Of a DNA stretch of 64,000 bases, positions 24,314 through 37,423 are shown in pieces (within the stretch, counting starts at the first letter, position 1; each line of letters opens with the position of its first letter). A program made the position numbers and the translations under genes. The notes under the pieces were generated by a model, which did not search any database, was not told where the DNA came from, and saw only the letters and a list, made by a program, of their open reading frames with translations. Source of the stretch: Chrysomallon squamiferum (Eukaryota > Animalia > Mollusca); contig CM022677.1 of NCBI GenBank assembly GCA_012295275.1, positions 24,366,001 through 24,430,000 of the forward strand, read 5' to 3'.

Positions 24314-24615
24314 TAGATAAAATTATTTTTCCTGGTATTATTATGTTTTAAAGAATTATATGCAATTTTATTTTTTCAAAAGCGTAGCGAACAAATGAAA
24401 TCAAATAAAATGAGACCAATATCAAAATGAAACCATTTGCAGAGATTTTTTTTATTATTATCATTTATCGTTATAATTTAATTTTGAAAGGGAAAATAAA
24501 AAAAATAAAAACAAAACAAAACAAAAAGAAAATATGACCGATAAAACTGCATATACATATCTTATAATATTACAATAAACTGTAGACGTAAAAGAACAGA
24601 TGTCATAAAGGTTTC

Positions 24616-24647
<32 letters not shown>

Positions 24648-26165
24648 TTTAAACTTTATTATAAATACGCGCATATCAATAAACATGTTTTTCATATTTT
24701 AAATTAATTCTTTTTAAAATAATCTGATATTTATTTCAAATTTTATATAACAGTATTTCAATTTTAGCTTGACCTTGTAAGATTTTGAAACATTATGCAC
24801 TGTATAAGCTTAATAGTTCACTTTTAACTTTTCATCAGTGCATTTAACTATTTCATAAGTCAGTCAGATTTGATACAAATTTGATATATTTTTAGTTAAC
24901 TTGTAGAACATTTTAAAGTGAAGCAACATTAAGTTGATAAAGTTGTAGTCCAGCACAAGCGAAAGTCTACGACTATTAAAATTTAATTTAATTTAATTTA
25001 ATTTAATTTTATTATTATTATTGTTTTGCAGGCAGATGTATTTGCCATCTCATTTTTCTTATTACATTTTTATTATTACACTATTATCATCATCTTCATC
25101 ACTACTCTGTGCTTACATTTAAATATAACTTTTCGTATTAAAGAGTATTTTTGCTAAATTTTAAAACATTTTATTTTATATTATCATTTTCTTATTTTTT
25201 TATTTTTTTTTTTCGTTTGTTCCTTTCTCTATACGTTTTCTAAACTTAGGTAAAGAAACTATCTTAAAATCATATGTCTTTTGCTATAATTATTACATAA
25301 TTGTATGACATTAAAATTCACTTCAGAATTAACATTTCGAGTTTTTAAATGTACATACATATATATATATATTATTTTATTTTATTTCATTTTTTTTTTT
25401 GTCATTATTGATCCTACTAGTACTATTGCATAAACTGCAAAATGTGAAAAAAAATAAAATTGTCCTTGTCAAATTACCTTTATTCGCAAACATGGCCGCG
25501 ATATTTAATTTTTTTTTTTCCCATGTGGATCTAAATGAATCTTGTGACTTTTTTGCGTATATGTGATTTTTTTATGTGTAGATACATTTCAGAAGTAAAA
25601 TTGTACTGTTCAAAATCATCTTGTTCCTTAAAACATAAAACACGGTCAGTGCAGATTCATTTGTAACACCAGTTTAGATATTAGACTTTTCTTTGTGTTA
25701 TACCAAATAAATTTGTGAAGAAAGAAAAAATAATAAATTATTTAATAAAGAAATAAACAAACAATCAAACAACCACACAAATGACGAACGAATAAATAAA
25801 TAAATAAATTATATTATATTGTATTGTAGTGTATTGTATTATATTATATTATATTATATTATATTATATTATATTATATTATCAGTAACAAAAAGGAAAT
25901 AAGTAAAGACAATTCAAAAAGAAAAAGTGCGAGTCTGTGTCTGTGTGTGTGTTTATATTTAGTCATGTTCTTTGTGTATGTAATTCATTTTGATTTTCCT
26001 ATTAAAGAAAATATTTCACATATCAGAAAAAGAAGAATGTCATTCTTTCTACTGACAACAGTCTTTACACTGTTTCTGATGAACAAAAGTAAAATTTCTT
26101 GTTGTTTTTGTTTTTTTTTTTCTTTTCTTTAACTCATTTCACATATTCACATTTTCTTTCACAAT

Positions 26166-26244
<79 letters not shown>

Positions 26245-26574
26245 ATATATCTGTTGGTTTTAGTATCTATATATCTGTCTCTCTCTCTGTGTGTTTGCCA
26301 GTCTTCTGTGTTTGTATCTCTCCCGGTGTATGTATAAACACACACACACACACACACCTATACTCATTTTATATATATATATATATGTATATGTTTGTAT
26401 GTATGCATGTATGTATGTATGCATGTATGTGTGCATATGTGCGTGCGTGTCTGTGTCTAGTTAGTATTACCTATTGACTTACCTATCTACCTATATCTAC
26501 TCTAACTCTCTATCTGTCTGTATCTACTCTATCTCTCTATCTCTCTGTATTTGTCTTCTGTGTTTATTTATGTA

Positions 26575-27530
26575 TTAACAAGCAATTAACCAGTTTTTCA
26601 ATCAATTAACAATTAACCAGTTTTTCAATCAATTAACAATTAACCAGTTATTCAATCAATTAACAATTAACCAGTTTTTCAATCGATTAACAAGTGACCT
26701 GTTTTTCAATCGATTAACAAGTGACCTGTTTTTCAATCGATTAACAATTAACCAGTTTTTCAATCAATTAACAAGTAACCTGTTTTTCAGTCAATTAATA
26801 AGTAACCAGTTTTTCAATTAATTAACAATTAACCAGTTTTTCAATCAATTAACAATTAACTAGTTTTTCAATCAATTAACAAGTAACCAGTTTTTCAATC
26901 AATTAACAATTAACCAGTTTTTCAATCAATTAACAAGTAACCAGTTTTTCAATCATTTAACAAGTAACCAGTTTTTCAATCAATTAACAATTAACCAGTT
27001 TTTCAATCAATTAACAATTAACCAGTTTTTCAATCAACAAGTAACCAGTTTTTCAATCAATTAAAAAGTGACCAGTTTTTCTATCAATTAATAAGTAACC
27101 AGTTTTTCAATTAATTAACAATTAACCAGTTTTTCAATCAATTAACAATTAACTAGTTTTTCAATCAATTAACAAGTAACCAGTTTTTCAATCAATTAAC
27201 AATTAACCAGTTTTTCAATCAATTAACAAGTAACCAGTTTTTCAATCAATTAACAATTAACCAGTTTTTCAGTCAACAAGTAACCAGTTTTTCAATCAAT
27301 TAAAAAGTGACCAGTTTTTCTATCAATTAACAAGTAACCAGTTTTTCAATCAGTTAACAAGTAACCAGTTTTTCAATCAGTTAACAAGTAACCAGTTTTT
27401 CAATCAATTAACAATTAACCAGTTTTTCAATCAATTAACAAGTAACCAGTTTTTCAATCAATTAACAATTAACCAGTTTTTTAATTAATTAACAAGTAAC
27501 CAGTTTTTTAATTAATTAACAAGTGACCAG
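26575..27530. repeat. 27-bp minisatellite (AACAATTAACCAGTTTTTCAATCAATT), about 35 copies
   Basis: A period of 27 is visible (26590, 26617, ...). Confidence 0.95.
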
Positions 27531-27599
27531 TCAGTCAGAAAGACGGGAAGCCAGCGAAGAAAGCAAGGAAAAGACATACCGTACATATCTATCTATCTA

Positions 27600-27633
<34 letters not shown>

Positions 27634-27744
27634 TGTCGTTCTATCTATCTATCCATGTATCTATCTATGTATCCATCTATGTATCCATCTATCTATGTAT
27701 CTGTCTCTCTATCTATAACTAATCTAGCTGTCCATACATACATA

Positions 27745-27825
<81 letters not shown>

Positions 27826-27980
27826 GTGAGAGAGAGAGATATCAGTCTGTCTAACTGTATGTCTTCATATCTCTAGCAATGTGTTTCTTTAGCCTACATC
27901 CACTGACAGGACTACTTCATATTTTTTAAATGTTTCCCCAATATTTAGTTTTTCTCTTCTCCTTTCTTTCCTTTACAAAG

Positions 27981-28223
27981 CTCGGACGTACGCAGAAGAG
28001 CGAACGAACTGGGCTCTGAACAAACCTACCAAGTCCTCAACACCTTACAAGAATCACAGATCCCACCTCGCCGTAGACGGTGATATCACAAGTGTAGAAG
28101 ATGGTAACCAAACGTTCTGCTTCCAGCCTCGTCCTGAAGAAAAGTTCCTGTGGTGGCTTGTCGACCTGGAAACACAAGTGAAAGTAGTCTCAGTCGACGT
28201 GATCAGCAGATCTGACAGCTGTA
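27981..28223 (+). CDS. F-type lectin (fucolectin / F5/8 type C-like) N-terminal half-domain exon; remainder of the gene not found
   Basis: 243-bp phase 1-1 exon with a polypyrimidine/AAG acceptor and GTATGT donor: RTYAEERTNWALNKPTKSSTPYKNHRSHLAVDGDITSVEDGNQTFCFQPRPEEKFLWWLVDLETQVKVVSVDVISRSDSC. This matches the N-x-A-L-x-K-P, AVDG, WWxVDL and R-x-D-x-C motifs. Confidence 0.85.
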
Positions 28224-28461
28224 GTATGTTAATTCTTTTCTTAAACGTTCTTACACAAGTAATATCTGTATCTATCTATCTGTCTGTCTGTCTGTCTGTC
28301 TGACTGGCCTTTCTCTATCTACCTATCTATCTATCTGTCTGTATTTGTCTTCTGTGTTTATTTTTGTATCAATTAACAAGTATTACGTTTACTTATGATT
28401 TTTAATATTATTTTCTTTTATTTATTTATTTTTTTAATTTATCATTATTATTATTATTATA

Positions 28462-28497
<36 letters not shown>

Positions 28498-28499
28498 TA

Positions 28500-29400
28500 G
28501 TTTGTACTAAACTTCAGGCACAAAACGGTGGCATACCATTTTCTTCTGCATCATCTCATGCACGTTAAACTAAAGGGAGATAACTTCTAGATCCTTAAAG
28601 CATCTTCAGTATCAACATCCTTTTGAAATATGTAGATAATGTTACACAGCTTATGTCTCATATTTGAATTGGAAAATATAATGTTATAACAGTTTTTATT
28701 AGTAATAATTGCTAAAAGTTTATCAAAATTCAAAATACGCATAGCAAGATTAAATGATAACTTTAAAATTGTATGGAAAGTTTGGAAAAATGCATAGAAA
28801 TTGTTACGGAGCCTGTTACACATTAAACATTAAATGCTATTTGATTTGATCAACTGTCAAGTTATAACAAAGGGAGCATTATGTTTGTTAAAAACTTTTG
28901 GTTAATGATTTCCCCCAGAATGTATCACTGTTCAAAAATACGTGAAGTGAAATAAAGCAACATAAAGTTGTGTATAACCATCGTTAAATTTTTTTTTTTT
29001 TTTATATTTTTTTCGCCTCTTGCTGAATAAAATGGCTTCAGATCACGACAAAAAGATGTACGAAGATGTCAAACATTCATTTATTTAGTTAGTCATTTAT
29101 TCAATTACTCACTCTCATTTCTTCATTCATTCATTCACTTAATTCTTTTATTCATTTACTCATTCACTGTTCATTCATTTATTCATTCACTCATTTGTTC
29201 ACTCAATCATTTATATAGTCATTTTTTTTTTCATTCACTCACTGAGTTATTTACTTATGTTTTTGTCCATTCAGCAATTTGTTCTTTAACTGTTTCCATC
29301 GTTTACTTGTTCACTCAACCCTTTCAACCCTTTCAACCCTCTCTGTGTTTGTTTTTTAACGTTTTTCTCTATGTTAATATAATTATTGTTTTTATATTGT

Positions 29401-29455
<55 letters not shown>

Positions 29456-29548
29456 GCTAGAACTTAAACACTGCTATTATTATTAGTTACTGCCGTTAAT
29501 TCCATTACTGCTGGTATTACTTTACTACTGCTATTACTACTACTACTT

Positions 29549-29592
<44 letters not shown>

Positions 29593-29694
29593 GCTAGCTA
29601 GCATTAGGAAATGATTTAGATAGATAAATAGGTAGATATTTTATTATTTGGATATTTATTACCATCATCATCATCATCAACTTTGTCCATTTTA

Positions 29695-29750
<56 letters not shown>

Positions 29751-29926
29751 GATTGTCATCGTTGTCATAGTAATGATATTGTTATAAAATCACGTACGTA
29801 ATGTCGACAGTAATAATAATGATGATGATAACTGTGAACAATGATGTAATGATGATGTTGATGACGATGTCACTGTTTACACAGGACACCTGGGTAATAC
29901 AAACATTTGTTTACTTAGAACTAGTT

Positions 29927-29986
<60 letters not shown>

Positions 29987-30385
29987 AATTGCATTACTTT
30001 ATTTCTGTTATATGTGTGTGCGCGCGCACAGATAGCGAGAGGCAGACGAACAGAGATTTTCAAAAAAAAAAAAAAAAAAAAAAAATTCTAGATATATTTC
30101 CTGCCGCTTTTTATTTACTCCATCTTGTCAAGAAACATGTTTGATTAGTTTGGATACTCAGGCTTAAGTAATTAATTTTTGAAGTATTATTATTTGTAAT
30201 TTGTGTATATTAATTACACACAGAGACTACGTCCTTTCCGGAGATTTAGAAATGGCAGTAACAACACACCCACACGCATATCTTTATTTTTCTTCTCTTA
30301 TATATACATAATATATAGTTTCTGTTATTAAATAAAACAATTAATTTATATTCTCTTAAACACTTTTTATAGATATCCACATGTA

Positions 30386-30449
<64 letters not shown>

Positions 30450-31165
30450 GAACCGTAGCTACGTACATATTTTAAGCATTTATTATTTTCTTCTTTTTTA
30501 TCTCTCCTTCTTCTTCATTTTTTTTTTTTTTTTTAATTGAAAATTAAGTGTCTAGTTTAAACATTCATTCATCCTCTCATACAATTTTTCGGTCAATATT
30601 TTCGTTCCCGCCTTTATCATTCAGCGACGTAGCAGACAACACGGAAATCTGGCCTCTCGCCAACGCAGACAATATTCAGTCTATTTGACCTATTTACTTC
30701 ATAACTAGACGGTTATAAATAGCCAGCACGCGTGTACTCTCTAGCCTCGATTTGAAAACCAACCTTGAATAAAGAAACGCCCAAAATAAACACACTTATT
30801 GTAATAATTTATTATCCGTGAAGTTTTATCAGTGGGATTAATAAAACCTTGGAAAATAATGAAAAGGTAAAACAAATAAATTCCATTTTGTTTTGGTTTA
30901 TACTATTACCTCGCTGTTTGACCAACGCAGACGACAAAAATGTTAACACGACCTGATTTAACTTCGGATTATGTTGCAACAATAGACAGAAATGTCAGTG
31001 ATTCGACCCACGCACTTTTATGTACTTAAGACCTTCAACCATAATTATATCTAGTTTAAATCTCGATTCACGTGTACTTTATTGAATATATTCCCTTACA
31101 AAATGTACCTGGTGGATTAGTTAAAATAATTTTAAAAATAAATAAATAAAATAAGGATGTAAAAG

Positions 31166-31247
<82 letters not shown>

Positions 31248-31349
31248 AACAGCATACGTGATTATTCACACATTGCCCTCATCTCAAATAAATAAACGAT
31301 TATCACAATAACGACAACAATACTATATAACAATAACGATTGTCTCACA

Positions 31350-31388
<39 letters not shown>

Positions 31389-31641
31389 CTCGTGATATAA
31401 AATTAATTTTCTGAACACTGAATGAATGACCCAGTTATTTCCTCAGATTTCACCTCAATGTACTGCAGAGATATCCTGTTGGTGAAAATAGATCAAACAT
31501 GTGTACGCTGACCCGTTTTTGTGTCCTCGGTTCGTATTCAAGGTCAGTGAGGAAAATTTTACTCTTGTACTATAAAGACGTTTCTTCTTCTTTTATTTAT
31601 TTATTTATTTATTTATTTATTATTATTATTTTATTATTTTA

Positions 31642-31699
<58 letters not shown>

Positions 31700-31893
31700 C
31701 TAATTTTATTTTATTTATTTATAAGAAATAATTTTGAAAGAACCAGAACTTTTTTCAGTGAAAACAAACAGCCAGTAAATCTTTATTCGGTATAGAAGAA
31801 ATCCAGATAATATTAAATATTAAATGATACTGGGATGAAATATTCATATAAAAAGAAAAATAGGAAGAAGTAAATGAGCAACAACAGCAAAAG

Positions 31894-31927
<34 letters not shown>

Positions 31928-32468
31928 TAATTAAAATTATTAAATATATAGCTTAGCTTTTCTGGTGCAGATGTCTCCCTTTAAGTATTACGTCATCCAC
32001 TGATGACGTCAAACGTTTTGATTTTCAACAAAGGAAAAGGTTTTTATTTTATTTTAATTTTTAAAAATTGTTTATTTTTATTTTAATTGCTATTTTTTTT
32101 CCCCTTTGTTTATCTATTTAGTTTAACACTAAATTCACTTGAATTTAGGTAGAATAAGAGTAAGAATTAAGAATAACGTACATTCAACAGTAACAATCAA
32201 AGTATATTTAATTTTATATCTATTCTGTGTATGAATGTATGACCCTATTTAGGTAAGTAGGCACGCATGTATATAGGTTATTTATTTATGCAGGTTTTAA
32301 CGTTAATGTGTTTGTATATGATTATATCCACACTGATAAAATAATACGTTCGACAACGTATATCCATTACATATGTTTAACAGCCACATCTCAAATAACC
32401 TCTAAAAAATAACTGACAGTCTTGTTCAAATATCATGAAACGAGCAAAACATGTCGTACGAAAAGCAC

Positions 32469-32502
<34 letters not shown>

Positions 32503-34130
32503 ACATCTATTAACCGACATCCGCCTTGCTCAAGGCCAGCTATTTTTAACTTCGTAATACTGGAACGTCTAAAACAAACATAATATTAGCGTTATAACTT
32601 ATCACACTCTAAATGTGTAGGTTATTCCAAACAAAAATCACTCATTTACGATGATCAGTGTTTGTTTCTGTTTTGAAAAAAGTTCACAGTCAGACACAGT
32701 GCGTTTCACTTATCGACCTATATTTTGTTGCACGGAGGAATGTGTTGCTACGTGCAAATCGCCCTGTTGCGACTTCACACGTCATCACTGCGTAAGCTTT
32801 TCAATCGCTCGCGCTATCTACTGACCTCGTGCAAGGTTCATTTGGAATCGACCAGGTCTGGAAGCTAGGTTTAAATTTCTTCAGTAACAAACGATACATA
32901 TCTGTCATTAAAAGGTATGTTAGATAAAATTATTTTTCATGGTATTATTTATTATGTTTTAAATAATTATATGCAATTTTATTTTTCATTCATCATTAAA
33001 AAGAAAATTATTAGGTTTTGTTCATAAACTGATTCATTATTTTAGTGGGTGTGAAATTTTATTGTCGTCTGTTAATAAGCTTAATTTCGTTAAATGTATG
33101 AGGGGAAAAGCAAAAATTAAAGAACAAAAAAGGAAAAGCATAGCGAACAAATGAAAACAAAGAAAATGAGAATTGCAGATAATTTTTATCATTTATCGTT
33201 ATAATTTAATTTTGATAGGAAAAAAAAATATGAATAAAAAAAAAAAAAAAAAAAAAAAAAACGAAAAGTAAACATGATCGATAAAACTGCAAATACATAT
33301 CAGATAGTATTACAATAAACCGTATATGTAAAACAACAGATGTCATGCATGTTCTAAATTATATTTTTTTAAATTATCATAAATCCATGCATACCAATAA
33401 AAAAATATATTCTTTTTATATTTTAAATTAATCGTTTTTAAAATATTTTGATATTTATTTCAAATTTTACATAACTGTATTTCAATTCTAATTTGACCTT
33501 GTATGATTTTGAAACTTTATACACTGTACAAGCTTAATAGATCGCTCTTAACTTTTCATCAGTGCATTTAACTATTTCATAAGTCAAATTTGATATTTTT
33601 TAGTTAACTTGTAGAACATTTTAAAGTGAAGCTACATTAAATTGATAAAGTTGTAGTCCAGCACAAGCGAAAATCTACGACCATTAATTTTTTTTTTTTT
33701 TTTTTTTTCATCGACACTGATTTTCATATTACATTTCTGTGCTTACATTTAAATACAACTTTTCGTATTAAACATAATTTTTGCTAAAGTTTAATACATT
33801 TTATATTATTATTATTATTATTTTATTATGTTTTTTTCATCGGTTTTTTATGGGTTATTTTTATTTTAATCTTAAAATCAAATGTTTTTTTTTTTTTTTT
33901 TATATGACTGTTTTTCACGTCTGTTAAATCTGTTCTTTGATTTTTTTTTTTTTTTAAATTTAAATAATGAAACTAATCTTAAAATCAAAAAACTTCATCA
34001 AAATATCAAAATTACTTGTATTCGCAAACATGGCCGCGATTTTATTTTGTTTTTGTGGACTATATTGCCACTATATTGCCATTTTGATGTGCAGATAAAA
34101 TTGTATCTTTTATAAAAACATCCTGTTCCG
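28500..34130 (+). pseudogene. Diverged segmental duplicate of the Smad2/3 3' introns and downstream flank, with coding exons deleted
   Basis: 28500-29884 is collinear with 13330-15528 (exon 14500-14727 almost entirely missing). 29894-31150 matches 22172-23350, and 32370-34130 matches 23740-25630. Confidence 0.85.
32640..32920 (+). promoter_or_regulatory. Putative promoter + non-coding first exon, copy 2 (candidate 5' UTR exon of the NMES1-like gene)
   Basis: Near-identical to 24030-24313; donor AAG|GTATGT at 32914/32915; the ATG of copy 1 is CTG here (32902). Confidence 0.5.
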
Positions 34131-34374
34131 TTTTTTTTTTTTTTTTTTTTTTTGTGAATTTTATATTTACAGGCACTTATCTAATTTAAGAAAATGATGC
34201 TGTCTCCGGTTACTGATAAAAATATAGCTTTAGGTATTTCAATATTTTACGTAAATGTGGTTGTTAGCCGAGTATTTCGCTGACGTAAATAAAAATGAGA
34301 AAAATGTAATTTGTGGAGAGGGGGCGGGAATCCATTAAAATGAAACGTTTGTTTATAATTATGTACATTGTATA

Positions 34375-34419
<45 letters not shown>

Positions 34420-36659
34420 CATTTAATTTCATTAATTAGTACTAGTCGTATTATTATTATTATTATTTAGATTTTAACAGTAACTGTGCAGATTTTTTTA
34501 CGAAGTATGAATAATTTTACAGGTTGAATATTTTGTATTATAAATATCGGCAATATATAAATAAGTCATTTTCGTTAAAAAAGCCAACAACAACAAAAAA
34601 AAAAAAAAATTAAAAATTAAAATAACCAAGATAAAATGCCTGCACTACCGTCTTGAAAGCGTAACAAAGAACGTCCTTGAAACAACCTTTCGTCACTGTC
34701 ATGTGATTAAAGTGGTACATCCTCGTTGATTTTTTTATGATTTTTTTTTTTTTTATTGTTTTTTAAATGTGTTTAACCTTTCTTTTCTCGCTTTTTATAT
34801 TTTTTTTTTTTTTTTTTTTTTAAGAAATGATACTGAATGAAATAAAATAAAAAAAAATCATAATTGTTAAATATTTTTCTTTAAGAAAACTCGCGGTCTC
34901 TGGGCGAATGATAATCTACAATTACAATTGACTCACCTTTTATTTTTATTTTTAGAAATGGCGTATTTCTCCATTATATATAATTTTTTTGTGTGAGAAA
35001 AATTTAAATTCATTTAATATCTGAGAAAAAAAAAAATGTACAAAAAATTGATAAATAGTTGTATGTATAACTTCGTTTTATAATCCTGTTCGCATATGTA
35101 ACGTATTTATGTTTAAACGTTAACTGAAGAAAGAAAAAATAAATGTCTGTTAACGAATGTGGAATATTTTGTTTTATTTCTCCGTTAAATCGCGTTTTTT
35201 TCTCGTGACTGAATCGATCCTGAACATTTGTGGTAATATAACTTGTACCGAGGACGTAAACAAGGTCCAGATGACCTTGACATAACGACCCGAGCTCGCC
35301 AGCCGAACTATATTCTTTACCTTCATACAGTCGGTGACTTCAGCTTCGTTAGACAAACATCAACATGCGTCGTTATCATAGATATAATTAAAAATATATA
35401 TATATAATCAGCTATCGTTAGGAATGTATTTGATTCTGTTAATATTTGTTAGGTTTCACAAGTGTTTTTTTTTGGGGGGAGGGGGGTAATGTATATATTA
35501 TTATTATTATTATTTTTTTGTTAATGGTGAAGATCTATATATAATGTCTATCTTGTACATAGTAACGAACGCAGAGGAATGGTAGATACACTGGGAAAAG
35601 TATTTTATAAAATCTTTATAGCAGAACGTTAGAGAAAATTTATAGTGTTTATTTATTAACCAGATATTAAAATTATTGCTAATATTTTCCAAAGTTATTT
35701 AAATAAACAGGTAAAACAACAAAAAAAAAAAAAAATAAATAAATAAAATAAAATAAAATATATATATATGAACTAGGAATATTTTCATAGCTGTTGATAC
35801 ATTCCTACGGGTTACATCTGTCAAAACACTGTCAACAAACAGCGGTCATTCGCCAAGTTCATTCTGACCTCGAGTCCAATGCCAGTGGCTCGCGCTAGCC
35901 GTTTCCATGGTTATCGAGCACGAGGGTCAGTAGAAATTTATCGATGTTTATTCAAATAGAAGAAATTAACAGATACTACACGATAGGATTTGTTTTAATT
36001 TCATTTTTAATACTATATCGTTCCAGCCACTGCTCCGACTTTGAAAAGGTACAGGGTTAAAATAAATAAAAAAAAAATAATAATAATAAAAAGGCGTGAA
36101 TTGTGTATGGAAGTCGTGATATTGTTTTAATTTTAATATTAATTTATATTTATTCTAACGCACAGAACAATGAGATAAATATTAAATTTGTTTTCTCCAC
36201 TTGTGAATAAGTTACGACCAAATTCATTTTGAATGGAAGACTCTAGAAAAATTCTACGTGGGAACAGTGCCAAGTGACCAACAGTTGTCGAGATAATCTA
36301 GCAGACATTATTATACCTGTCAAGATTTCAGCTTTAAAGCGAAAATATAAAGATTTTGATCAATGAATAATTGGCTGCTACGTTTTTGTAAACCAGACGA
36401 TCTGACGGCACGCGCGGGTTCGTTTAATTCACCAGTGTCGGATCACATTTCCAAAGCTGGACAACAGCAGCGGATAAAAAAATAACTGTTGATAATAATG
36501 ATGAAGAAAGACATCGAAAAATAAATGACAAGGGGGCAATTCTAAAATTATATAGAGGACATAAGCAAACTGAACAGTCGGAAACTGTTGTAACACTGCA
36601 TTTAATATTACGACATGAATGTTGTTTTGTTTAACGCATACATTACTACTATTATTAAC

Positions 36660-36712
<53 letters not shown>

Positions 36713-36716
36713 TCAG

Positions 36717-37392
36717 ATGTCTGGAAACACAATTAAAATTACTTCCCTGGCATTCAGCAGAAATATCTTCAAAAACTTCCCCGAGGTAAGCATCTGAATT
36801 TCACGTGTTACGGATTTCTTTCCTTTATTTCCATACTCTCATACACGCATGCATAAGAAACAGACAAAAAATCTGTCAGAAACCTTGCAAATACATTTTT
36901 ATTTTGCTCCAGTACAACGTGCTCGAAATTAACGATTCATTTAAATTTTAAAAATCTATAAATTTTTGTATAACACAGAAGAATGGCTAAAAAAAAGTTT
37001 ATGTAGTAGAAACGGCGAGCAGTTTACATAAATTATGATAATGAACCCAGTAAAGAGCAAAGTGATTGGATCAATAGAGTTTATTTAAAATTCTATTTTT
37101 AGTGCAGGAGCTAACAATCGCATACCGTTCTCGCTAAAGCGTGTTTTATTTAAATTTGAACGAGCCGTTTAGTACAGTTAAGAAAACGTGTTTTTTTCCT
37201 CTTTGCTTGTATATTATTAAAAGTAAATTGAGCATATCACAGACGCCAGAATGTAGATCGCGTATACAGTCGTAAAGTGATTACATCTGTTTTAAGCAGG
37301 AAGCTTCATATTAAAAATAATAATAAATAAACAACTGAAAAAAAAAAAAAAACGAATGTAGAACGGAAATAGGCAGGCGATATCAATTTGTT

Positions 37393-37423
<31 letters not shown>

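Noticed and set aside
31447-31542. AG...GT-bounded 96-bp segment as the second lectin exon
   Set aside because: The phase required after 28223 hits a stop and shows no F-type lectin motifs.
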